A stretch of DNA of 64,000 nucleotides from Obrimoposthia wandeli (GCA_977020255.1 CDROCS010002910.1:62001-126000); one strand, 5' to 3'; positions 26,823 through 37,107 are shown, counted from the first letter of the stretch. Numbers and translations are program-made. Notes: generated by a model from the letters alone, not told the origin.

Positions 26823-27200
26823 ATGTCAGACGTAAAAGTAAAATATAACCAAGAGGACTTACAAGAGTTTAAAGCAGTTATTAACAAGAAGATATCAAGA
26901 GCAGAAGAGGATTTAGCTTTGTTAAAAGCTGCATATAAAAATGATGCTAATAATGGTACTGATGATACTTCTCATTCTTTTAAATCTTTTGATGAAGGTT
27001 CTGAAGTGATGAATAAAGAAGCAAATGTGCAATTAGCTATAAGACAAGAAAAGTTTCTTAGAGACCTTAATAATGCTTTATTAAGAATAGAAAATGGTAC
27101 TTATGGAGTTTGTAGAGTTACTCGTAAACTAATACAAAAAGAACGTTTAATGTTAGTTCCTCATGCAACTTTAAGTATAGAAGCTAAACGTAAACAATAA
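26823..27200 (+). CDS. TraR/DksA family transcription factor
   Basis: Coiled coil then AL.RIENGTYGVCRVT...I.KERL..VPHATLSIEAK. Position after ileS is typical of Bacteroidota. Confidence 0.9.
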   Translation: MSDVKVKYNQEDLQEFKAVINKKISRAEEDLALLKAAYKNDANNGTDDTSHSFKSFDEGSEVMNKEANVQLAIRQEKFLRDLNNALLRIENGTYGVCRVTRKLIQKERLMLVPHATLSIEAKRKQ

Positions 27201-27228
27201 TAGTTTTAATTATAAAATTATTGCAATT

Positions 27229-27268
27229 TGGGCCATTATGTAATTTACATAATGGCCCATTTTCTTTT
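27229..27268 (+). terminator. Intrinsic terminator after dksA
   Basis: 14-bp stem TGGGCCATTATGTA-ATT-TACATAATGGCCCA followed by TTTTCTTTT. Confidence 0.75.
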
Positions 27269-27308
27269 GTGCCGGGGTAACTAATAAAAATGTATTATTT
27301 TTGAAAGT

Positions 27309-30300
27309 ATGAAAAAGAATGTGGGTATTTTATTTCTATTTGTTTTCGGTCTTATTATTTATATAGTTCCGTTAAAAATAGAAAAGAAGCAGGGTTTGCA
27401 AGAAAATTCTTCAAATTATTATAAACAGGATGCTATAAATAAGACTTTAAAACTTTCTAAAAAAGAAAGAGCAGCTGCCGAAATTCCACCAAATAAATAT
27501 CTAGAACAAAAGTATTCATTAGAAATAAACCCTCATACAGGTAGAACTCATCCAGAAAATATTTATAAAATTCAGCAAGAATTAAAAAATCAAAGATTAA
27601 ATAACCAAAGAACTCCCGGAGATGGAATAGACAATCAATGGGTAGAAAGAGGTCCTAATAATGTTGGTGGAAGAACTAGAGTTGTACTTTTTGATCCGAA
27701 TGACAATACAAATAAACGTGTTTTTGCTGGTGGAGTTTCTGGAGGTTTGTGGGTGAATAATGATATTACAGATGCAAATTCTTCTTGGTCAAGCATTGGA
27801 ATTGACGAAAACCTTTCTGTTACATGTATGGCTGTAGATCCTAACAATTCACAAATAATGTATTTGGGAACTGGTGAATTTTATTCTCCTCAGAGTGCAT
27901 TAGGAAATGGAATTTGGAAAACTATTGATGGAGGTGTAACTTGGGTAAATGTATATAAATTACGAGGAACAACTACTATTTCTAGTACTATAGAAGTACC
28001 AGGAACTTATTTTATGACAGATATAATTGTTAGAGATAAAGATGGTAGTTCTTCAACCACAGATGATTCAGAGGTTTTTGCTTCAATTGGAGGGAATTTC
28101 TATAGCTCAAATCCTATAAACACATACGTCGGAAGAGATAACTATGGAATTTTTAAATCAACTGATGATGGTGCAAACTGGTCAAAAGTTACTCTGAATA
28201 TGAATTCTGATGGAAGTGGAACCAGCGTAATGCCTAATGATTTTGAAATAGGGTCAGATAATACACTTTGGTTGGGAACCACAAGAGATATAGACGGAGA
28301 TGGTGGTGGACGTATATATAGTAGTGCTGATGGAACCACGTTTTCATTAAAGCACACAATTCCGGATGGAAAAAGAACAGAAATTGCGGTTTCTAAAATA
28401 AATGCGAATACAATATATGTTTTGGGAGATGTAAAAACTTACGATGGTTCTAATCAATTAATAGCACCTTTTGTAACACTTTTAAAAACTACAGATGGTT
28501 TTGTTTCTACACCAACAGTTTTGGCGTTACCAAATGATTTATCTAGCGATATTCCTGCAAATGATTTCACCAATGGGCAGGCATTTTATAATTTGGTTAT
28601 AGAAGTAGACCCAAATAATGATGCAATTGCTTATGCAGGAGGAATAAGTTTATTTAGAACTACAAATAGTGGAACTTCTTGGGATATACTAATGAAAAGA
28701 GGTCCAACTGTAGTCTTGCCTGGAACTACAGTTTCTTATGTACATGCAGATCAACATAGTTGGGCTTTTCACCCAACAGATTCTAATATATCTTTAATTG
28801 GTAATGATGGAGGTGTTTTTTATGCCACTTCTTTATCTTCTGCGTCTTCTAGTTCAACAGCTATTGTAGAAAGGAATAAAGATTATAATACCACTCAATT
28901 TTACCACGCTGATATTAGCCAAACAACAGATCCAGAGTATATTATTGGAGGTGCTCAAGATAATGGAATTCTTCTTTTTAATGAAGCCTCTAATGGTGCT
29001 AATTCAGCCATAAAAGTCTCAAGAGGAGATGGAACGCATTGTTTTATTCATAAAGATGGTGGGTATATGATTGTATCTAAAATATATAATAATATTTATC
29101 GCTATAACTTACCGTATACAGGATCAGTCGTTACTATCTCATCAGACAGTAATACAGGAAGATTTTTTAATGCGAAGGCATTAGATGAAAACTTAGATAT
29201 TCTTTACACCAATGGTGATGATCATTTAGCTCGATTTACGAATATTTCTTCTGGTTCTCCTTTGAGAACTAATATAATTGATCCTCTTTTAACGAATATT
29301 TCAGCGATTAAAGTATCGCCTTTTACATTAACTTCTTCTAAAGTTTATTTAGGTACAAGATCAGGGAAATTAATAAAAGTAGAAAATGCAAATACAGAAA
29401 CTCAAACAATAACAGATATTTCTTCAAGCTCATTTTTAGGTAATATTTCTTCTGTAGAATTCGGCGCTTCAGAAAATGAAATTATGGTTACTTTTTACAA
29501 TTTTGGTGTTGAAAGTATTTGGTTTACAACTGATGGAGGTACAAATTGGGATCATAAAGAAGGAGATTTTCCAGATATAAATGTGAGATGTATTTTAATG
29601 AATCCGCTAAACACTAACGAAGTTATTGTGGGATCAGAATTAGGGGTTTGGAATACTACTAATTTCAGAGATTCTTCACCTAATTGGCATCAATCTTATA
29701 ATGGAATGTCTGATGCTACTGTAACTTCTTTTAATCTAAGAACAATAGATAATACAGTATTGGCTACTACTTATGGTAGAGGTATGTTTACAAGTAAGTT
29801 TACTGGAAATGTTTTAACAACTTGGACAGGTGCTATTGATTCCGATTGGGTAAAAGCAGGAAATTGGTCTAATGGATTACCAACAAGTAGTATGGACGTT
29901 AAGATTCCAGATACAAACAACGAGCCTGTAATAAATTCATCTGTAACGATACAAAATGTTTCTATAGAGTCAGGTTCATCTTTAACGATCAATACTCAGA
30001 GTTCTTTAAGTGTTAAAGGAAACTTAACTAACTCTGGTGATTTATTTATAAACTCTAGTTCATCGAATTCAGGAAGTTTAATTGTGGAAGGCAATTCAAT
30101 AGGAGATATAACTTATAATAGGTCTGTTACTGGAAGTTGGCATTTAACAAGTTCTCCCGTAAATGGTCAGAATTATAATAATGATTGGGTTTCAGAAAAT
30201 TCAATTGAGTCTGGAACCATAGATACAAGCCTAAGAGGAATTGCTTCTTATAATAATGATTCTGGAAATTGGAATTATATGTTAGCTGGAGATGATTCCC

Positions 30301-31373
30301 CTTTTGTACAAGGCGCTGGATATTCTACAAAAAGAACAGAAGCAGGAAATTTATCTTATACAGGAACAATTTTAACAACAGGTACAACGAAAGCCATATC
30401 AAAAGGAACAAATAATGCTTTTAATCTTATAGGGAACGTATATACATCTCATATTCCTTTAAATAATGATGCAGACAATGCAAATAATTTTTTAGTTACA
30501 AATACAAGTTTATTAGAAGAGGCAACCATTTGGCTTTGGGATGGGACTTCTTACATTACCGTAAATCATGCAACATCTTCACAGTTTCTTGCTCCAGGAC
30601 AAGGGTTTTTTGTAAAATCATCAGACGCAGGAGGATTGGTATCTTTTACAACATTAATGCAAAATCATAAAACAGTAACTTTCTTAAAAAAGCAACAATC
30701 AAGATCAGGAATAAAATTGACTCTTAATAAAGGAGAAGATAAAAAATCTACGGATATATATTATATAGAAGGTACAACAGAAGGTTTTGATAATGGTTAT
30801 GATAGTTCTATTTATTCTGGAGTATCTAGTAATTTAGAAATCTATACAAAATTAGTTCATCAAGAAATAGATATAAATTTATCAATTCAATCAATTCCTG
30901 AAGATTATTCAATTGTTGTTCCTATTGGTATAATTGCTGAAGCTAATATAGAAATGAGTATTCGTGTTGAAGCAAAAAATATTGAACAAGGTAAAAAGGT
31001 CTATTTAGAAGATAGAATAAGAGGTGTTTTTACATTGATAGATGATACTGAAACTTCGTATAGTTTTACTAGTGAAGAAGCTGTGAAAGGTTCAGGAAGG
31101 TTTTATCTACATACTTCTTCGGAAGTACTAAATATTCAAAACACTCAATTATCTGATGAAACCATTTTCTATGCTAAAGATAAAATTCATTTTTCAGGAT
31201 TGCCTTCGGGAAAAAAATCTATTAAAATTTACAATACAATTGGTCAATTATTGTTGAAAGAAAATATTTATTCAAATCATTCGATTTCTGTAGTTAAGTT
31301 ACCAAAAGCAATTTATATTGTTCAGATTGAAACAGAAAAAGGAACTATTAAGAAGAAAATAATGCTAAAATAG
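27309..31373 (+). CDS. Secreted BNR/VPS10-like beta-propeller protein with T9SS type A CTD
   Basis: WVERGPNNVGGRTR...DPND...FAGGVSGGLW, repeated S/T-x-D-G-G-x-T/N-W Asp-box motifs, HADQH. C-terminus ..IYNTIGQLL...KLPKAIYIVQIETEKGTIKKKIMLK. Confidence 0.8.
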   Translation: MKKNVGILFLFVFGLIIYIVPLKIEKKQGLQENSSNYYKQDAINKTLKLSKKERAAAEIPPNKYLEQKYSLEINPHTGRTHPENIYKIQQELKNQRLNNQRTPGDGIDNQWVERGPNNVGGRTRVVLFDPNDNTNKRVFAGGVSGGLWVNNDITDANSSWSSIGIDENLSVTCMAVDPNNSQIMYLGTGEFYSPQSALGNGIWKTIDGGVTWVNVYKLRGTTTISSTIEVPGTYFMTDIIVRDKDGSSSTTDDSEVFASIGGNFYSSNPINTYVGRDNYGIFKSTDDGANWSKVTLNMNSDGSGTSVMPNDFEIGSDNTLWLGTTRDIDGDGGGRIYSSADGTTFSLKHTIPDGKRTEIAVSKINANTIYVLGDVKTYDGSNQLIAPFVTLLKTTDGFVSTPTVLALPNDLSSDIPANDFTNGQAFYNLVIEVDPNNDAIAYAGGISLFRTTNSGTSWDILMKRGPTVVLPGTTVSYVHADQHSWAFHPTDSNISLIGNDGGVFYATSLSSASSSSTAIVERNKDYNTTQFYHADISQTTDPEYIIGGAQDNGILLFNEASNGANSAIKVSRGDGTHCFIHKDGGYMIVSKIYNNIYRYNLPYTGSVVTISSDSNTGRFFNAKALDENLDILYTNGDDHLARFTNISSGSPLRTNIIDPLLTNISAIKVSPFTLTSSKVYLGTRSGKLIKVENANTETQTITDISSSSFLGNISSVEFGASENEIMVTFYNFGVESIWFTTDGGTNWDHKEGDFPDINVRCILMNPLNTNEVIVGSELGVWNTTNFRDSSPNWHQSYNGMSDATVTSFNLRTIDNTVLATTYGRGMFTSKFTGNVLTTWTGAIDSDWVKAGNWSNGLPTSSMDVKIPDTNNEPVINSSVTIQNVSIESGSSLTINTQSSLSVKGNLTNSGDLFINSSSSNSGSLIVEGNSIGDITYNRSVTGSWHLTSSPVNGQNYNNDWVSENSIESGTIDTSLRGIASYNNDSGNWNYMLAGDDSPFVQGAGYSTKRTEAGNLSYTGTILTTGTTKAISKGTNNAFNLIGNVYTSHIPLNNDADNANNFLVTNTSLLEEATIWLWDGTSYITVNHATSSQFLAPGQGFFVKSSDAGGLVSFTTLMQNHKTVTFLKKQQSRSGIKLTLNKGEDKKSTDIYYIEGTTEGFDNGYDSSIYSGVSSNLEIYTKLVHQEIDINLSIQSIPEDYSIVVPIGIIAEANIEMSIRVEAKNIEQGKKVYLEDRIRGVFTLIDDTETSYSFTSEEAVKGSGRFYLHTSSEVLNIQNTQLSDETIFYAKDKIHFSGLPSGKKSIKIYNTIGQLLLKENIYSNHSISVVKLPKAIYIVQIETEKGTIKKKIMLK

Positions 31374-31396
31374 TGCTGTTTTTAATTCGCTAATTT

Positions 31397-32041
31397 ATGA
31401 AAAGGAGTTTTTTAATGGTTTTTTTATTTATTTCAATACTTTCTTTTTCGCAAAAGAAAGTCGTTAAAAAATTTGAATCCCAATCAAAACAAATAGAAAT
31501 TTCTACACTTGGGTTAGATGATTTTGTCATAGAAAACTCAGCATCAAATTTTATTGAAATTTATTTGTTTGCAGAAAATATAGAAGAACAGCATATTCTT
31601 TATAAAGAGGAGTTTAATTTGGTGAAGATTCAATTTGAAATACCAGATAATAAACTTGAAGACGGAGTTTTTAGAAAGTTTATTACGAAAAGATTACATA
31701 GAGCGAGTGCAATTATTAAAGTGCCAAAAAATAAAGTAATTACTGTTTTTGGTGATGAAATAAATGTAGAATCAAAAAGCTATAAAGGAGATTTAAAAAT
31801 TTTTATTGAAAACGGAATTTTAAAATTGCATACAATTTATGCTAATTTAGAGGTTAAAATGTATACCGGAAACTTGTATGCAGAATTAAATAAAGGAAAG
31901 ATTGATGTAGTTTCTAAAACTGGTGAAATTAAAATTAACGGTATTTTAGTTGAAAAAATAGATCAAAAAAAGGAAGAAAAATTAGATAAAGAAATAAGTA
32001 TACAGTCTTTAAATGCTAATATTTTCTTAACTACTAAATAA
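31397..32041 (+). CDS. Secreted hypothetical protein (DUF4097/adhesin-like beta-rich)
   Basis: Signal peptide then beta-rich x-x-x-x-G-x-I repeats; family assignment by resemblance only. Confidence 0.5.
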   Translation: MKRSFLMVFLFISILSFSQKKVVKKFESQSKQIEISTLGLDDFVIENSASNFIEIYLFAENIEEQHILYKEEFNLVKIQFEIPDNKLEDGVFRKFITKRLHRASAIIKVPKNKVITVFGDEINVESKSYKGDLKIFIENGILKLHTIYANLEVKMYTGNLYAELNKGKIDVVSKTGEIKINGILVEKIDQKKEEKLDKEISIQSLNANIFLTTK

Positions 32042-32084
32042 ACACAATAATATTGTTATTTTTGTGAGTACAAATACTAGAAAA

Positions 32085-32702
32085 ATGTCAAAAAAGAACC
32101 TTGCAATTGCTACTATTCTAATTGCAATTATTTTAGATCAAGTAATAAAAATTTACGTAAAAACTCATTTTTATTTAGGTGAAGAAGTGGTGGTTTTCGA
32201 TTGGTTTAAAATTCATTTCGTAGAAAATAATGGAATGGCAATGGGTTTTGAGTTTGGAGGTAGAGCAGGTAAACTTTTTCTAACACTGTTTAGATTGGTT
32301 GCTGTAACAGGTATTATCTATTGGTTGGCACAAAACATAAAAAGAAAAGTACACAATGCAGTAATTATTGCTATTGCATTCATCTTTTCTGGTGCAGTTG
32401 GTAATATAATTGACTCTGTTATTTATGGAGTTATTTTTGATAATTCAAACCATAAAGTGGCAACACTTTTTTCAGACAAACCTTATGGAGAGTTATTTCA
32501 TGGTAAAGTGGTAGATATGTTATATTTTCCTATATGGGAAGGAGCTTTGCCAGAATGGATTCCTTTTATGGGTGGTGAACAATTTACTTTTTTTCAATAC
32601 ATTTTTAATCCTGCAGATGCTTTTATAAGTATTGGTGTTGCTTTATTATTTATTTTTAGCAAACAAGCTTTTCCAAAGGAAGAAGAAGTGGTTAAAGCTT
32701 AG
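32085..32702 (+). CDS. lspA: Lipoprotein signal peptidase II
   Basis: DQ.IKIYVK, VENNGMAMG, GAVGNIIDS, G.VVDML and IFNPADAFI motifs. ATG 32085 preferred to GTG 32064. Confidence 0.95.
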   Translation: MSKKNLAIATILIAIILDQVIKIYVKTHFYLGEEVVVFDWFKIHFVENNGMAMGFEFGGRAGKLFLTLFRLVAVTGIIYWLAQNIKRKVHNAVIIAIAFIFSGAVGNIIDSVIYGVIFDNSNHKVATLFSDKPYGELFHGKVVDMLYFPIWEGALPEWIPFMGGEQFTFFQYIFNPADAFISIGVALLFIFSKQAFPKEEEVVKA

Positions 32703-32798
32703 TTTTTTAGTTTCAACTTTTAAAGTTGATTTCTATTTTATCTTTTTTTGAGAAATTGTAACTATAAGTTTTTTGTCTAAAAATTTTAAATCTTAAAA

Positions 32799-33407
32799 AT
32801 GAAGCGCTTTCTAAAATACCTTGTTGTTTTCTTAGTGGGATTTCTTTTTGCTAAATTTTGGTACGTTAAAAAAGAGAAAGATCATAAAAAGGAAGAAATT
32901 CAAGTAGTTGTAAACTCTATAAAAAACTTGAGCAAGTTGGTTGTTTCTAAGGGGGCTTTTTCTGAAGTTTACAATTATACAGATTCTAAAAAATACTTTT
33001 ACGATTATTTATCGTTTGACAAAAAAGCGATAATTACTGTTAATGCAACTGTTGAGGTTGGTTATGATTTATCTAAATTAGAAATTCAGGTAGATTCTGT
33101 AGCTAAGAAAATCATTATCAATAAAATACCAACTCAAGAAATTGTCATTTCTCCGGATGTTAAATATTTCGATTTACAACAAAGTCAGTTTAATGTTTTT
33201 TCTAAAGAAGATCTGAATAAAATCAACCAAAAAAGTATAGAGAAAATTAAACAAACAATCGAAGTAACCGATTTAAAGGAGAAAGCAAAAACAAGATTAT
33301 TTGAAGAGTTATCTAAAATTTATCAACTCTCTGTAATTTATGATTGGCAAGTTGTAGATAATACAAGCTCTGGTTTTATAAATAGTTTTCAGGGTTTTAA
33401 AAAGTAG
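32799..33407 (+). CDS. DUF4230-like protein
   Basis: N-terminal TM then KAIITVNATVEVGYDLSKL...IP..EIV..PDVKYFD, matching my recollection of DUF4230. Confidence 0.7.
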   Translation: MKRFLKYLVVFLVGFLFAKFWYVKKEKDHKKEEIQVVVNSIKNLSKLVVSKGAFSEVYNYTDSKKYFYDYLSFDKKAIITVNATVEVGYDLSKLEIQVDSVAKKIIINKIPTQEIVISPDVKYFDLQQSQFNVFSKEDLNKINQKSIEKIKQTIEVTDLKEKAKTRLFEELSKIYQLSVIYDWQVVDNTSSGFINSFQGFKK

Positions 33408-33416
33408 TTTAAAATA

Positions 33417-33484
33417 AAAAAGGTTGCCAAATTTGACAACCTTTTTATAATTAGCATTACAATCTCCCAACTGTAATGCTTTTT
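33417..33484. terminator. Two tandem hairpins between convergent genes
   Basis: AAAAAGGTTG..CAACCTTTTT (33417-33446) and AGCATTACA..TGTAATGCT-TTTT (33453-33484). Confidence 0.7.
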
Positions 33485-33485
33485 A

Positions 33486-33662
33486 TTAGAACCCAGTACC
33501 TGGTGCTTCTGGACTTGAAGCTTGCGCTTTCTGTGGGTTTAGAATTAAGTAAGTTCCTAAAGCTGTTAACGCAGCATATTTACCATAATTTCCTATTTTT
33601 TTAATTGCTTCTTTACGAGTAATTTCTTGAGCAATATCTTGACTTTTTTTTATGTTTTTCAT
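33486..33662 (-). CDS. 58-aa small protein absent from the ORF track; signal-peptide-like leader plus short tail
   Basis: Hand translation: MKNIKKSQDIAQEITRKEAIKKIGNYGKYAALTALGTYLILNPQKAQASSPEAPGTGF*. Starts 27 bp after the T9SS gene stop and is followed by hairpins. Confidence 0.75.
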   Translation of the reverse strand: MKNIKKSQDIAQEITRKEAIKKIGNYGKYAALTALGTYLILNPQKAQASSPEAPGTGF

Positions 33663-33689
33663 GATGTTCTGTCTTTAAAATTATCGTTA

Positions 33690-36600
33690 TTATTCTAAGA
33701 TTATTTTTTTGTTCAATTTCCCGTTTTTAGTTTCTAACTTAACAAGATAAACTCCTTTAGCTAATTTTGGTAAGGAAATATCTTTAACTCCATTAGATGT
33801 AAAAGAAGAATTTAGAACTTCTTTTCCTAAGAGTGAGAATAGCTTAAAAGAAACATCATTTTTAGATAAACCAGCAATTCTTAATGTAGCGTTATCAAGT
33901 TTATAGATGCTTATGTTTTTTAAAACTAAGTTTTTATCAACACTAAGTGCACTATTGGTTGTATGCATATAAAAACGACCAATTCCGTTTAAAGCTTCTT
34001 TTAAAGTTATCTTATAAGTACTATTTACTTCATCTAAACGTGTAAAAGTATTAGTTACTCTATCTTCTAAAAATAGTTTCAAATCAGAATCAAAATTAGA
34101 AACATTTAATGAAAAAGTAATTTCTTTACCACTTTCTGTATTTACACCAACAGGAACTATCATATTTTCAAAACCTGTATTTGGTAAAGCTTGTATAGCA
34201 AAATCTACTCCATCACTATTACTAACTAAATGCGTAAACACTCTAAAGTTATTACTTACTCCAGTAAAAACACCAACATCAGACCCCACATCTAAACCAG
34301 TTGTTCTATTTTGTATATATCTAATTTTTGTTGATGAGGTATTAGTTCCTTCATCAATTTTTAATATCATTTCAGGATAACTTGTATTATTCTTTAAAAA
34401 GATATTTCCTGTTTGATGCGTTTGCATTGCTTCAGTAAAACTTGCAGAAGTTCCTCCACCATCAGGTGCATGTACAAAGAATGCTTGCCCAGGAGCAATA
34501 AAGAAATCGTCATCTACAGATTTAACATCATAAGGAGTACTTCCGTTCCATAGGTAAACACCAGATTTCGCTGGGTCTAACGTACTTGCATCAATATTTA
34601 CTCTTAAAAAAGAATTAGTTTCATCTGTACTACTTCCTCCTTTTAGAGCAGCAGTATAAGGGCTACTAATTAAATTCCATCTATTTCCAGTAGGGTCATC
34701 TCCACCATCTGTAATAGCAATTGTTTCTCCTGCATTATTTACGTTTAAAGTACCTGTAAAATCTAAAGTACCAGCAGTTGTTTTTTTAACTGAATATCCC
34801 TTTGCTTTGGTGAAATTACCAGCTGCACCAATATTTCCAGTTGTGTAGTAACTCCAACGAGAAGCAGATACTTCCGTATTATCATAGAGTGCAATAGATT
34901 TATTAGTAGTTGTTCCACTAGTTAAAAGAGAACCAGAAAAGCCATTTATATCTTGTCCATTTACTGGAGCTCCAACTAAATGCCATCCTTCTGTTCCAAC
35001 ACCAGAGGTTGTTAAATATCTTTTATACGTTACATTCCCTGTAGCAGTTCCTTTTACAATTAAAGAACCATTTGTGGTGGCATCAGAATCTATATTTAAT
35101 GTTCCACCTTGGGTAAGGTTTCCATTTACAGTTAATGAGTTACCAGTTTGAATATTTAGCGTTCCTGTTATATTTAAATTGTTAATAGTAACAGAACTAA
35201 TATTTAGCTCAGGACTATTAGGAATAACAACATTATCTGAACTTATTGGTATTCTAGCTAAAGACCAATTACCTCCAACAGACCAATTACCACCTGCAGA
35301 TAAATAAGTATTGGTTTGATTTGCTTCTGATGTAAAACTTAAGTCTGTTGTAGCTGAAATACCTGCATAGTTATTGTTTGCAGCATCTTTAAAAGCAGTA
35401 TTATCTACTTGAACATAGTACTCAGTATTTAAATCTAAGTCAGATGTAGGATTAATTGTAGCTTTAGTTGTTGTTATTGAAACAGAACCAGAAGTAACTG
35501 CAATAGTTTCTACAGTACTGTTATCAGATGTTTTTTTGATAATAATATTTCCACTAGTTCCTTTGCTGATATTTTCAGAAAAAGTTAATTCTATGTTATT
35601 ACTAATAACAACATTAGTAGCATTATCTAAAGGAGAAGTTAGAGTTAAAGTTGGTAAAACACCATCAATTAATAAGGCCTTATTATCTCCTAAAGAGTTT
35701 GCTGCTCCTGGAGTTGGTAAAGTCAATGTTGCATCTTTATTACCAGAATCTCTTATACTTGTTCCTGCTGTTAATGAGTTTGTTGCAACATAATCTAAAT
35801 CTGCACTAGTATCTCCTGCTTGTACATTATAATTAAATTGTATAGTATTTGTTCCACTACCTGTACCATTATAGTTTATGGTTCTATTTGTTGTACCAGT
35901 TTCTAATGTAATTTGTGGTGTACCAGTTACAGTAACATTTTCATTAAAAGTTACGGTTACAATAACATTGTCGCCTGCTTTATAAGTTCCGTTTGCAGTT
36001 GTTGCACTTACGCTAGTTACTGTTGGTGCTACTGCACTTGAAATAACAGTAGTTCCATTGTTTGTATCTGTGTCTGTGCCATCATTAATAACAACTGTAA
36101 AAGTTGTAGTTTCTGATGTTGAACTTCTATTATCTGTAGGGTTAAAACTTAACGCTCTTAATTTTGCTTGTAAGTCTGCAGTTGTAGTACTTGCAAGAGC
36201 ATAAGGTCCTGTACCTGTTAAACCTGTACCAGATAAAACACCTTTAGCATTGTTGTCTAAAGTAATAGTTGCAGAAACATTATCTCCATCTGCATCTGAT
36301 GTTGTTATTGAAGAAAAAGGATTTAATGTAGCAGTATCATTTACATTTTGTCCTGCAGATGTGCCTCCAATTGTTGGTGCAGTGTTTGCAACATTTCCTG
36401 TTAGTTTAAGTTCGTCTATAGCAAATTCTTCACTCCCGGAATTAGCTCTTATTGTAATTCTGATATTTAATGTAGTTCCAGTACTTGCTAAAGTTTTTGT
36501 AATTTTTTGAAATGTTAGCCCGAGTGTAACAGTTCCGTTAGATAAACTATGGCCAGAAGCTGGACCATCACGTAGAAACTCTGTAACCTTATCAAATCCT

Positions 36601-37031
36601 CCTCCATTTATTTGAGTCTCGATTAATATTCTATCTGCTGCATCCCAAGCGAAAACATCAGCCGCTAAATCTATTGATAATTCCAGACCAGTATAACCTG
36701 TAATATCTATGCTAGACCATGTTAAAGATACTTCATCTGGAAATGATGACGCTCCTGCGTCTAAATCTTCTCCCATCAAATAACTCCCTGTATTCCCCGT
36801 ATACACAGGAAATCCCATAGCTGTTGGGGCCCCGTCAAAATCGGTATTAGTTCCAGCAGGATCATAGATTCCAAAATAATCACTAGAAGCACCTGTGAAA
36901 AATGGACTACTTTTGGTAAAACCAGAATCATTATTAAAGGATTCTAATAAGAGTGTTGTTTGAGAAAAAACTTCATTTTTAAATAATAAAGAAAATAATA
37001 AAGAAAATAAGATGAGTGTAATTTTTTTCAT
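33690..37031 (-). CDS. Secreted Ig-like-domain protein with T9SS type A CTD
   Basis: Signal peptide, N-terminal jelly-roll-like domain, Ig-like segments (APTVTSVS...YKAGD..VTVTFNE; LTFSENI..G...I.IKK..D...E.I). CTD ..FSLLGKEVL...LAKGVYLVKLET.NG..NKKIILE. Confidence 0.85.
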   Translation of the reverse strand: MKKITLILFSLLFSLLFKNEVFSQTTLLLESFNNDSGFTKSSPFFTGASSDYFGIYDPAGTNTDFDGAPTAMGFPVYTGNTGSYLMGEDLDAGASSFPDEVSLTWSSIDITGYTGLELSIDLAADVFAWDAADRILIETQINGGGFDKVTEFLRDGPASGHSLSNGTVTLGLTFQKITKTLASTGTTLNIRITIRANSGSEEFAIDELKLTGNVANTAPTIGGTSAGQNVNDTATLNPFSSITTSDADGDNVSATITLDNNAKGVLSGTGLTGTGPYALASTTTADLQAKLRALSFNPTDNRSSTSETTTFTVVINDGTDTDTNNGTTVISSAVAPTVTSVSATTANGTYKAGDNVIVTVTFNENVTVTGTPQITLETGTTNRTINYNGTGSGTNTIQFNYNVQAGDTSADLDYVATNSLTAGTSIRDSGNKDATLTLPTPGAANSLGDNKALLIDGVLPTLTLTSPLDNATNVVISNNIELTFSENISKGTSGNIIIKKTSDNSTVETIAVTSGSVSITTTKATINPTSDLDLNTEYYVQVDNTAFKDAANNNYAGISATTDLSFTSEANQTNTYLSAGGNWSVGGNWSLARIPISSDNVVIPNSPELNISSVTINNLNITGTLNIQTGNSLTVNGNLTQGGTLNIDSDATTNGSLIVKGTATGNVTYKRYLTTSGVGTEGWHLVGAPVNGQDINGFSGSLLTSGTTTNKSIALYDNTEVSASRWSYYTTGNIGAAGNFTKAKGYSVKKTTAGTLDFTGTLNVNNAGETIAITDGGDDPTGNRWNLISSPYTAALKGGSSTDETNSFLRVNIDASTLDPAKSGVYLWNGSTPYDVKSVDDDFFIAPGQAFFVHAPDGGGTSASFTEAMQTHQTGNIFLKNNTSYPEMILKIDEGTNTSSTKIRYIQNRTTGLDVGSDVGVFTGVSNNFRVFTHLVSNSDGVDFAIQALPNTGFENMIVPVGVNTESGKEITFSLNVSNFDSDLKLFLEDRVTNTFTRLDEVNSTYKITLKEALNGIGRFYMHTTNSALSVDKNLVLKNISIYKLDNATLRIAGLSKNDVSFKLFSLLGKEVLNSSFTSNGVKDISLPKLAKGVYLVKLETKNGKLNKKIILE

Positions 37032-37075
37032 AATATATTGGTTTAGTTTAAGTTTTAAAAGTGATATTATAAAAG

Positions 37076-37107
37076 AAAAAAAACAGGTATAACTACCTGT
37101 TTTTTTT
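37076..37107. terminator. A/T-flanked hairpin CAGGTA-TAAC-TACCTG (terminator and/or operator)
   Basis: Perfect inverted repeat with A8/T8 flanks between the tail-collar gene and the T9SS gene. Confidence 0.6.

Noticed and set aside
33486-33662. Complete RiPP biosynthetic cluster around the 58-aa peptide
   Set aside because: No modifying enzyme, PqqD/RRE protein, peptidase or ABC exporter is encoded nearby.
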